DNA of 46,221 nt, from assembly GCA_016788665.1 (NCBI GenBank), contig JAEUSF010000001.1, positions 1 to 46,221 on the forward strand, in the 5' to 3' direction. This DNA comes from Candidatus Doudnabacteria bacterium (lineage in GTDB: Bacteria > Patescibacteriota > Doudnabacteria > UBA920). Below, piece by piece: positions 26,415 through 33,720 of this stretch (the stretch's first letter is position 1; every line of letters starts with the position of its first letter). The translations under genes were made by a program, and so were the position numbers. Under the pieces are notes generated by a model. That model saw only the letters and a program-made list of their open reading frames with translations. It made no database searches and was not told the origin of the DNA.

Positions 26415-29267
26415 TTAAACCGAAACAGGCTCCATATTACCCCAGCTATCCCCCACTTTGGCTTCCACTTTTATGGGAATAGAAAGACTAAGAGCCTCTT
26501 CCATAAAAACTTTCAACATCTTAGCATAATGCATAACCATGTCTTCTTTCACCTCAAACACAAGTTCATCATGCACCTGTAGCAGCATTTTAATATCTAA
26601 TTCACTGTTTTTCTTACTCTCTAACTCTCTATGTATGTTAATCATTGCAACTTTTATAACATCCGCCGCTAAAGACTGAATAGGAAAATTAATTGCGGCT
26701 CTTTCCGCTGCCGCACGAATAAAGAACTGCGAAGAACGTATTTCCGGAAATTTTCTCATGCGACCGAGTTCGTTTTTTACAAACGCTGTCTGGTTTACCT
26801 GGAGTTTAACATTTTCCATATACTCCTCTACTTGAGGGTAAGCTGCAAAATATTTTTCAATAAACCTCTTAGCCTCCGCTCTGTTAACTTCACCTATTCT
26901 AGAAGACAAGCCAAAGCTGGACACCCCGTACAAAATACCAAAATTTATAGTTTTTGCATCTCTACGCATATCTTTAGTCACTTTGTCAGCCGGCACATTA
27001 AAAATTTCCACAGCGGTTTTGGAATGAATATCTTCGTCTTTTTGAAAAACTTCCAGCATTTTTTTGTCCTTAGCCAAATGAGCAACTATACGGAGCTCTA
27101 TCTGTGAATAATCCAAAGACAAGAGCTTAAAACCTTTTTCTGCAACAAAAGCCTTCCTCACCTGGCTACCCAAACCATCCCCTTTGACCGGAATGTTTTG
27201 CAAGTTAGGGTCTGTGGAAGAAAGTCGCCCGGTTGCTGCGATGGTTTGGTTATAACTAGTATGAAGTCGCCCGGTCTTTTTAGAAACTTGGCCAGGCAAA
27301 GTAGTTAAGTAAGTGCTATAAAGCTTTGTCACTTCCCTATATTCCAAAATTTTTGGCACTATTTCATGTTGCCCAAGCATTTTTTCCAAATTACCTGCGG
27401 CAGTGGAAATACCAGTTTTGGTTTTTCGGTTTTCTATAGGCTCAAGCCCTAACTTCTCAAACAATATTTTCTTTAATTGCAACGGCGAATTTATATTAAA
27501 TTCTTCTCCAGCTAGTTTATGAATTTTTTTCTCCAGGTCTTTTATATCTATTTCAGCTTCGCTTGCTAATTTGTTTAAAAATTTAGTATCAAGCTTTATA
27601 CCATTTAGCTCCATATCTCTTAAAACGGAAACAAGAGGCATCTCAATATCGTAAAAAACTTTTTCCAAACCCTGTTTTTTTAGTTCCGGCTCAAAAATAC
27701 CTTTTAGCCTCAACGTCATATCTACATCTTCGCAGCAATACCAAGAAACCTTTTCAGGCGCGACCTTATCCATGGTAATTTGGTTTTTACCCTTGCCAAT
27801 AAGTTCTTCTATAGGCTGCATTTGGTAGCCTAATTCGTTAAAAGCCAAAGCATCCAAGCCATGCTGGCGGGTACCAGCATTTAGCAAATAGGAAGCCAAC
27901 ATGGTGTCAAAAGTAGCACGTAGCTGGTAACTGGTAGCGAGTAGGACCTGAAGGTCGTATTTAATATTGTGCCCAACTAGTTTTACTTTTTCAGAAGTTA
28001 AAATATTTCTAAGCTCTTCAGAAGCTATAAAAATCTGACTTGGCAAATAAAAAGCCTTACCCGCTGCCACACAAATTCCAACTCCAACTAATTTTGCCTC
28101 GGTCACATTTAGACTTGTGGTTTCTGTGTCTATACAAATTTCTTTCGCACCAGAAATTTCTTTAAGCATTTTGTGAAGCTTCTCTTCTGTGTCCACCAGT
28201 TCATAGTCCTGCTTACCAATCTCCCCAGAAAACTCTCTTACCCGCTCTCCTACTTCCTGACTCATACTTCCTGACTCCTCCCCTTTGGGTAACTTCGCCA
28301 ACAAACTCTTAAACTCTAACCTCTGAAAAGTTTTAACAGTCTGCTGTAAATTATCACCTTCTAAAACATAAGGCTTAATGTCTTCGTGTATCCCCGGAAC
28401 ATCGCATACAATCTGCGAAAGCTCGTAAGACAAACGGGCTTCTTTTTCCTGTTCAACCAGCAGACTTATAATTCTTGGTTTGATATTTGAAATTTTATAT
28501 TTATTTGGTATTTGAAACCCGCCTTGACCGACAGTTCGGGCAGGTTTAGGATTTGTAATTTCTGTTCCTATTTCCTTAAGCTCCTTGTGTAAGGTTTGAT
28601 ACAAATTATCTATGCTTCCAAATTCTTTTATAATATTAGCCGCGGTTTTCTCCCCTATTCCCTTAACGCCTGGAATATTGTCAGAAGGGTCACCCCTTAA
28701 AGCCTTATAGTCCACCATTTGGCTGGGTAAAAGGCCGTAGCGTTCACGCACGGCGCGTGCGTCGTAAACCACGGTGTCTGTTAAACCTTTTCTCGGTGTG
28801 TAAACTTTTACCTTGCTATTTACCAGCTGCAAAGTGTCCATGTCTCCGGTCAATATAAATATTTCTGCGTTGTCATGCGAGCTGTCATGAAGCTGTTTAG
28901 AAAGCGTGCCTAAAACATCGTCCGCCTCATACCCCTGTTTTTCGTAAATTGGTACATTCATGCCACGTAAAACTTCTTTTATAACCGGGATTTGGTCATA
29001 AAGCTCCTGAGCTGCTTTAACACGAGTACCTTTATACTCTTTATACTTTTCATGTCTAAACGTAGGCCCGGCTAAGTCAAAAGTCGCAGCTACATGCGTG
29101 GCTTTTATATCCTTCATGGCCTTTAAAAATATGGTCAAAAAACCAAACACGGCCCCGGTCGGTTTTCCGTCTTTGGTAGTAAGTCCAGGCAGTGCGTGGA
29201 ACGCTCTGTGCACCAAGGCATTGCCGTCTATAAGCAAATATCTGATTTTGGCCTTTTGTTCCGTCAT
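26415..29267 (-). CDS. polA: DNA polymerase I (5'-nuclease, 3'-5' exonuclease and polymerase domains)
   Basis: 5'-nuclease N-terminus LLIDGNALVHRAFHA, Exo I motif ICIDTETTSL, and polymerase motifs DYSQIELR, RRDAKTINFGILYG and QVHDELVFE. Confidence 0.97.
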   Translation of the reverse strand: MTEQKAKIRYLLIDGNALVHRAFHALPGLTTKDGKPTGAVFGFLTIFLKAMKDIKATHVAATFDLAGPTFRHEKYKEYKGTRVKAAQELYDQIPVIKEVLRGMNVPIYEKQGYEADDVLGTLSKQLHDSSHDNAEIFILTGDMDTLQLVNSKVKVYTPRKGLTDTVVYDARAVRERYGLLPSQMVDYKALRGDPSDNIPGVKGIGEKTAANIIKEFGSIDNLYQTLHKELKEIGTEITNPKPARTVGQGGFQIPNKYKISNIKPRIISLLVEQEKEARLSYELSQIVCDVPGIHEDIKPYVLEGDNLQQTVKTFQRLEFKSLLAKLPKGEESGSMSQEVGERVREFSGEIGKQDYELVDTEEKLHKMLKEISGAKEICIDTETTSLNVTEAKLVGVGICVAAGKAFYLPSQIFIASEELRNILTSEKVKLVGHNIKYDLQVLLATSYQLRATFDTMLASYLLNAGTRQHGLDALAFNELGYQMQPIEELIGKGKNQITMDKVAPEKVSWYCCEDVDMTLRLKGIFEPELKKQGLEKVFYDIEMPLVSVLRDMELNGIKLDTKFLNKLASEAEIDIKDLEKKIHKLAGEEFNINSPLQLKKILFEKLGLEPIENRKTKTGISTAAGNLEKMLGQHEIVPKILEYREVTKLYSTYLTTLPGQVSKKTGRLHTSYNQTIAATGRLSSTDPNLQNIPVKGDGLGSQVRKAFVAEKGFKLLSLDYSQIELRIVAHLAKDKKMLEVFQKDEDIHSKTAVEIFNVPADKVTKDMRRDAKTINFGILYGVSSFGLSSRIGEVNRAEAKRFIEKYFAAYPQVEEYMENVKLQVNQTAFVKNELGRMRKFPEIRSSQFFIRAAAERAAINFPIQSLAADVIKVAMINIHRELESKKNSELDIKMLLQVHDELVFEVKEDMVMHYAKMLKVFMEEALSLSIPIKVEAKVGDSWGNMEPVSV
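27913..27947. repeat. heptamer array GTAGCAC GTAGCTG GTAACTG GTAGCGA GTAGGAC inside polA
   Basis: Five period-7 units, translated on the minus strand as VLLATSYQLRATF. Confidence 0.8.
28251..28278. repeat. 14-bp direct repeat x2 inside polA
   Basis: TACTTCCTGACTC occurs at 28251-28263 and 28265-28277. It is translated as EESGSMSQEVG. Confidence 0.85.
28476..28562 (-). mobile_element. in-frame repeat-derived insertion in polA, with an internal hairpin
   Basis: Encodes EITNPKPARTVGQGGFQIPNKYKISNIKP in the linker after the 5'-nuclease domain. It shares GAAATTAC..AAATCC with the valS array and a 17-mer with 12646-12662. The hairpin 28515-28523/28539-28547 has a G.U pair in the mRNA sense. Confidence 0.55.
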
Positions 29268-29320
29268 GTAAAATTTCTATTTAAACTTTATAAGGGCATT
29301 ATACAAGAATATAAGACAAA

Positions 29321-29349
29321 TAAAAAAGGGCACAACTTTACGTTGTGCC
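29321..29349 (-). terminator. rho-independent terminator of the small ORF
   Basis: Stem GGCACAAC/GUUGUGCC followed by CUUUUUUAUUU in the minus-strand sense. Confidence 0.75.
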
Positions 29350-29361
29350 ATGACCGTTGGA

Positions 29362-29490
29362 TTAGTGGGTCAAGTGCGGCCCCGGCGGAAAGGGCTCGAA
29401 GTCGTGCTCCAAGCCTGGGCATCCGCACCCAGGCCCGCACGCCAGGGCCAACATGGCCCCTAAAAAAAACACCGTCAACATTTTTTTCAT
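29362..29490 (-). CDS. 42-aa secreted or lipoprotein-like Cys/Gly/Pro-rich peptide (not in the ORF track)
   Basis: My translation is MKKMLTVFFLGAMLALACGPGCGCPGLEHDFEPFPPGPHLTH. The SD AAAGGTGAT sits 5 nt before the ATG and a strong terminator lies just downstream. The ORF is G+C-rich. Confidence 0.6.
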   Translation of the reverse strand: MKKMLTVFFLGAMLALACGPGCGCPGLEHDFEPFPPGPHLTH

Positions 29491-29637
29491 TGTATCACCT
29501 TTTGGTGGTATCCTAAGTTGCAACTACCTTAGGGGAAATTAAATACTAACTATAATAATCAATTTTCCCTAAGCTAGAACTTAAAACTATTTCATCCTTT
29601 AAATTCCTACAGATTTTATCTTATTCATAAGAAAAAG

Positions 29638-30213
29638 TCAAGCATTCCACTCATGGTCCCGCATAGCCTTTAGCATATGTCCGGCAAATGTTTTTACGGA
29701 TAAATCGGACTTTGTAAGTTCCTCTAGAATACTTTCAAACTGCCGCCATTTTAAGTATGGCACGGTTTCCAAAGTGGTTACAAAAATTTCTTTCTTGCTT
29801 TCCTGCATGGCCTTAACCAAAACCTTAAAACACTCCGGATTAAAATCTTCAAAAGCAAAAACATAACCCAGCTTTTTTATGGCTTGAATTTTTTCTGTTT
29901 CGTTTTCACTTTGGGCAAATTTTAGAATATCTTCCTTATTTTCCAAAGGTAAAATATTTTGTAAATATTCTAGAGCATCACTCATAATCACCGCCCTAAC
30001 TTCCAAATAGTTTACACCAATTCTTTCGTCTACCACGTAAAGCAAATACAAGTCCAAAGGTTTATGCTGCCAATGGATTTGATACGGCTCACCCGAACTT
30101 GCTAAAACTTCCTTTGTTTCTACCCAATCCTCTTTTTGGGCAATTTGTTTTAAATCTTCCAAGCTAAAATCTTCTGTAAAAACCAAATTTTTTCTTGTGT
30201 AAATATTTCGCAT
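29638..30213 (-). CDS. hypothetical cytoplasmic protein
   Basis: ORF of 191 aa counted from the ATG at 30213 (the ORF track starts at the TTG at 30219). AT-rich, native-like composition. No motif was recognised. Confidence 0.6.
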   Translation of the reverse strand: MRNIYTRKNLVFTEDFSLEDLKQIAQKEDWVETKEVLASSGEPYQIHWQHKPLDLYLLYVVDERIGVNYLEVRAVIMSDALEYLQNILPLENKEDILKFAQSENETEKIQAIKKLGYVFAFEDFNPECFKVLVKAMQESKKEIFVTTLETVPYLKWRQFESILEELTKSDLSVKTFAGHMLKAMRDHEWNA

Positions 30214-30267
30214 ACCCAAATTCTAACGCAGAGGGCCGTCCTCTGTAAATGGTTAGGGATTACTGAG

Positions 30268-30300
30268 TTATGGATTACGGATGGGTACTGATATACGGAT
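30268..30300 (+). repeat. solo copy of the 33-nt repeat module that flanks the GxxExxY ORF
   Basis: TTATGGATTACGGATGGGTACTGATATACGGAT compared with 31521-31553 TTATAGATTACAAATTGGTACAGATATACAGAT: 27/33 identical by my alignment. Confidence 0.75.
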
Positions 30301-30312
30301 AAAAATTTTGCA

Positions 30313-30356
30313 ATAAAAAAAAGCCGCCAAGTCACAATTAAGTGAGCCTTGGCGGC
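30313..30356 (-). terminator. rho-independent terminator of the 282-aa secreted-protein gene
   Basis: Stem GCCGCCAAG/CTTGGCGGC (9 bp) followed by UUUUUUUUAUUG in the minus-strand sense. Confidence 0.8.
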
Positions 30357-30411
30357 CATGTAATCCTCGCAGTCAGAGTTTACGAGCCTGCTGAGGAAGA
30401 AAAGTTGGACC

Positions 30412-31260
30412 TTATGGAAAAACGGATGAGGAGGACCCGTTTCCAATTATCCCACGCCTCAAGGTAAACGTCTCCTTCAGACCCCCGAAGTTTACCACAA
30501 TGTCATACGCCGCCGCTGTAGGGTTGCCCAAGGGGAAAGGAAAATAAATCCTGCTGAGAGTACCGTTTCCAGCCTGAACCTTCAACACAGCTGGAATAAA
30601 AGCGTAAAAGAAGTTAGGCTGCCCAAACGCCACCATAGTGGAGTCGTCGGGAAACACCCCTTCCAAAACAACCGTTTGTGTGTTTCCGCTTTCAACAACC
30701 TTTGCGCTGTCGAGGTGATAGGGTGTACGCCCCCTGTATCCCGCCGTTACAACATAGTAACGGCAGAATATTTGTTGTAAAATCTGGCCGCCGGGCGAGC
30801 GAGCTATCACAACGTCAAATAGCACGCTATGGCCTTGCTGCTGCTCGGGCGACACCCGCCCGGTATACACAGGAATGGCTGGGAGCGTGGGAAGTTTTTC
30901 AAAGTGCCCGAAAAGCCCACCCTCAACACTAAACCAGGCTTCGCTCATAAGCGAACCGTCTAGGTTGAAATGCCGGCGACGTCCGTAAACGTCCACCGAC
31001 CCTTCCGGAATTCTGCCCGGGGCTAAATCCAAAAATAACCTCACCTCCTCACCCGGCTGCGCGAACTCCCCAACACTACTTCGAAGGAGCGCAAAATTTA
31101 ACGGTACAACACTAAGCCCTCGGCCGTTTTTCGCGGCCTCAGGCCGTTCGCATTCCTGCCCGCAGTTCTTGTAGAACTGCTCAGCAGTCATACGATCCTG
31201 CCCAAACATCGCGCTGGCCAAGGCCAGCGAAAAAAGAACAAGCGTGATAACGAGGCGCAT
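30412..31260 (-). CDS. secreted hypothetical protein, G+C-rich
   Basis: SD AGGGGGGTG 6-7 nt before the ATG. Signal peptide MRLVITLVLFSLALASAMFGQD. 282 aa and rich in beta-strand-type sequence. Confidence 0.7.
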   Translation of the reverse strand: MRLVITLVLFSLALASAMFGQDRMTAEQFYKNCGQECERPEAAKNGRGLSVVPLNFALLRSSVGEFAQPGEEVRLFLDLAPGRIPEGSVDVYGRRRHFNLDGSLMSEAWFSVEGGLFGHFEKLPTLPAIPVYTGRVSPEQQQGHSVLFDVVIARSPGGQILQQIFCRYYVVTAGYRGRTPYHLDSAKVVESGNTQTVVLEGVFPDDSTMVAFGQPNFFYAFIPAVLKVQAGNGTLSRIYFPFPLGNPTAAAYDIVVNFGGLKETFTLRRGIIGNGSSSSVFP

Positions 31261-31295
31261 TTTAGCACCCCCCTAAGCAAAGGTTCCCAAACGAC

Positions 31296-31384
31296 TTCTT
31301 TGGGTCAAGCTAGGCATTAAAACATGTTACTTGTTACGTGTTACATGTCACGTGTCACGCTGACACCCAACTCGACCCAAAGAA
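31296..31384 (-). promoter_or_regulatory. long-range 11-bp stem in the 5' UTR, enclosing a heptamer array
   Basis: TTCTTTGGGTC at 31296-31306 pairs perfectly with GACCCAAAGAA at 31374-31384. Confidence 0.5.
31324..31365. repeat. heptamer array ATGTTAC TTGTTAC GTGTTAC ATGTCAC GTGTCAC GCTGACA
   Basis: Five to six period-7 units. In the minus-strand sense they read GTGACAC GTGACAT GTAACAC GTAACAA GTAACAT. Confidence 0.9.
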
Positions 31385-31458
31385 TCTAACTCTTCTTTAA
31401 AATCCCCCTTAAAATACATAAAAAGAACGGTTACGCCTAATATAAAACGTAACCGCAC

Positions 31459-31487
31459 ATTATACACTATTTTCTTAAAAATGTCAA
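31459..31487 (-). promoter_or_regulatory. promoter TTGACA-17-TATAAT for the 282-aa gene
   Basis: Reverse complement of TGTCAA at 31482-31487 and of ATTATA at 31459-31464. It implies a 5' UTR of about 190 nt. Confidence 0.55.
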
Positions 31488-31520
31488 TAAGTTTTTACAA
31501 AAAGCTCTCAAATGTAAGGA

Positions 31521-31987
31521 TTATAGATTACAAATTGGTACAGATATACAGATAAATACAAGCAATAACCTAGTATAAATTTACAATGCGTTTAAACCTT
31601 ACCCCTTCTTTACCAAAATACACCAATAGCCCTAACTGCAAATTTAAGGCTTCTAAATATTTGAAGGTCTGCTCAATATTGGCCCTAGAAAAATGAACAT
31701 CTCGTTTTATTTCTAAAACTAATTTTTCTTCAATAAAAAAATCCAAATAGTACTTGCCTACTTGGATATCTTTATAATTCAAAACTACCGGAAATTGCTC
31801 AACAAAATTTATTTTTCTTTGCCGAAATTCGACCGCCAAAGCTTTCTGATAATGCTTTTCCAGCAAACCAGACCCTAGATTATTATGCACTTCAAACAAT
31901 GACCCTATTATCTGCTTTGTCAGGTCGGCATAAATTAATTTTTCTGTATCCATATCTGTATATTTGTAATTAATCCGTAATCTATAA
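31521..31987. mobile_element. 467-bp cassette: a GxxExxY-type ORF bounded by ~33-nt imperfect terminal inverted repeats
   Basis: The left repeat is 31521-31553. The reverse complement of the right repeat, 31954-31987, matches it at 28 of 34 aligned columns. The shared blocks are TTATAGATTAC and ATATACAGAT. Confidence 0.55.
31570..31953 (-). CDS. GxxExxY-family (PD-(D/E)XK-like) protein
   Basis: 127 aa with GSGLLEKHYQKAL (GxxExxY) and the D...E.K-like block YLDFFIEEKLVLEIK. Confidence 0.8.
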   Translation of the reverse strand: MDTEKLIYADLTKQIIGSLFEVHNNLGSGLLEKHYQKALAVEFRQRKINFVEQFPVVLNYKDIQVGKYYLDFFIEEKLVLEIKRDVHFSRANIEQTFKYLEALNLQLGLLVYFGKEGVRFKRIVNLY

Positions 31988-31991
31988 ACCC

Positions 31992-33635
31992 CTACTCCCC
32001 CGCGACTCGAAAGACTTCTTCCACGTCCGTAATCCCTTCCAAGGCTTTAAGCAGACCGTCCTGTGCCATAGTAAGCATCCCTTGCTCATGCGCGGCTTTT
32101 TTAAAATCTGACATAGAAGCTTCTTTTAAAATTAATTCCTGAACTTTTTCGGTTACTTCTAAAACTTCATAAATACCAACCCTGCCCTTGTAACCTATTT
32201 TATTGCAAACAGAACAGCCCGTTGAATGAAAAAATTCCAAATCTTCTGGCTGTTTAAAGCCGTGAGGCAAAGCAGATAAAATTATTTTTACTCTTTCCAC
32301 AAGTTGCGGACTTAAGGCAATTTTAGTTTTACAATTCTGGCAAATACGTCTAACAAGCCTTTGTGCCATTACACAAGAGAGCGCTGGCGCCACAACAAAC
32401 GGTTTTACTCCCATATTAATAAGTCGAGGTATCGCGCCCGATGAGTCATTTGTATGCAAGGTCGAAAAAACCAAGTGCCCAGTCAGCGCTGCCTGCATGG
32501 CAACTTCTGCTGTTTCTTGGTCACGAATTTCCCCTACCATAACAATGTCCGGATCCTGCCTAAGTATTGCCCTAAGACCTTTGGCAAAATTAAAGTCCAC
32601 ATTGTGGTCTATGGGGGTCTGAACTACGCCTTCCAGCTTATATTCAACAGGGTCTTCCAAAGTAATTATTTTAACCCCCGGTTCGTTAAGTTCGTTTAAA
32701 AATGCATACAAAGAAGTAGTTTTACCGCTACCCGTAGGTCCGGTGGTTATTATCATGCCATTTGGTTTTTGCAAAACCTTTTCCACTACTTTTAACTGCT
32801 CAGACCTAAAGCCCAAAGAGTTTACCTTAAGCTCTGAATTATTGTTACCCAAGAGTCTCATAACTATTTCTTCACCATACGCGGAAGGTAAAACTGAAAC
32901 ACGCACATCAACGGGCTTATTCTCAAAATAAAAAGTTAATCGCCCGTCCTGTGCCTGATTTTCTATGTTCAGCTTTAATTTAGCCAGAACCTTTATACGT
33001 GCGGTAACTTGTTTTTGTAAAGATTTGTTTATATGCAAAACATCTTGCAAAACCCCATCCATTCTAAACCTCAATTTAAAAAAATGCTCTTCTGGCTCCA
33101 GATGAATATCGGAAGCACCCAAAGCTACAGCGGCCCCAAAAAATATTTCCAACATTTCGCTGGCAGTGGTTTTTTGCTGCAAACTCTCGTCAGCCAAACT
33201 TTTTAATTTCTCGTGCAAATTCTTATTTTCTATAACCTTCACAGACTGATCTGCAGCTACTTTAGGTCGCAAAACCTTAGTATAAAATTTTAATGTCTTT
33301 TCCAAACTTCTTTTTGACACCATATACAAAGTCACCTTCGCATGCGAAGACAGCTCCTTAAGCTTTTCTATCAAATGAGGATGCCTTGGATTAACCGTGC
33401 CTATTCTTAAATCTTTTTGGTCTTTATAAAAAGGTACAGCGCCCATCTCCTTCGCCTCTGCTTCGTCGAAAATAGCCAAGACTCCCAAGTCAACCGGAAA
33501 ATTATGCAAATCAATATACGGGAGCCCTAAGGCAGCAGCCTGGCCTTGTGCCTGCTGCTCTTCCATTCGCCTATTTACATCGTCCATGCTTCGAATTAAA
33601 TCCGCTTGCGTAGGAGATAAAAAACTTTTTGACAT
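31992..33635 (-). CDS. pilB: type II/IV secretion system ATPase (PilB/GspE family)
   Basis: Walker A GPTGSGKTT, Asp box, Walker B IVMVGEIRD, His box and a C-terminal tetracysteine motif (CQNC...CSVC). Confidence 0.93.
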   Translation of the reverse strand: MSKSFLSPTQADLIRSMDDVNRRMEEQQAQGQAAALGLPYIDLHNFPVDLGVLAIFDEAEAKEMGAVPFYKDQKDLRIGTVNPRHPHLIEKLKELSSHAKVTLYMVSKRSLEKTLKFYTKVLRPKVAADQSVKVIENKNLHEKLKSLADESLQQKTTASEMLEIFFGAAVALGASDIHLEPEEHFFKLRFRMDGVLQDVLHINKSLQKQVTARIKVLAKLKLNIENQAQDGRLTFYFENKPVDVRVSVLPSAYGEEIVMRLLGNNNSELKVNSLGFRSEQLKVVEKVLQKPNGMIITTGPTGSGKTTSLYAFLNELNEPGVKIITLEDPVEYKLEGVVQTPIDHNVDFNFAKGLRAILRQDPDIVMVGEIRDQETAEVAMQAALTGHLVFSTLHTNDSSGAIPRLINMGVKPFVVAPALSCVMAQRLVRRICQNCKTKIALSPQLVERVKIILSALPHGFKQPEDLEFFHSTGCSVCNKIGYKGRVGIYEVLEVTEKVQELILKEASMSDFKKAAHEQGMLTMAQDGLLKALEGITDVEEVFRVAGE

Positions 33636-33694
33636 TTTGTTTCTTTTATTTTGAACAGCTTAACTGAATAAATTATACCATTATTTGTATTTAA

Positions 33695-33720
33695 AAACAC
33701 CCTCTAAAAGGGTGTTTTTA
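33695..33720 (-). terminator. terminator overlapping the stop codon of the DHH-like gene
   Basis: Stem AACACCCT/AGGGTGTT flanked by an A-run and a T-run. Confidence 0.6.

Noticed and set aside
29196-29516. The 106-aa plus-strand ORF overlapping the polA start and the G+C-rich islet
   Set aside because: It has no SD, overlaps polA antisense and has Arg/Pro/Ser-rich composition. The minus-strand 42-aa ORF has an SD, a signal peptide and a terminator and explains the region better.
2806-31365. The heptamer arrays as CRISPR arrays or as ordinary microsatellite noise
   Set aside because: The units are 7 nt with no spacers, so they are not CRISPR arrays. They are degenerate, share cores between loci and preserve reading frames in CDSs, so I kept them as findings rather than dismissing them as noise.
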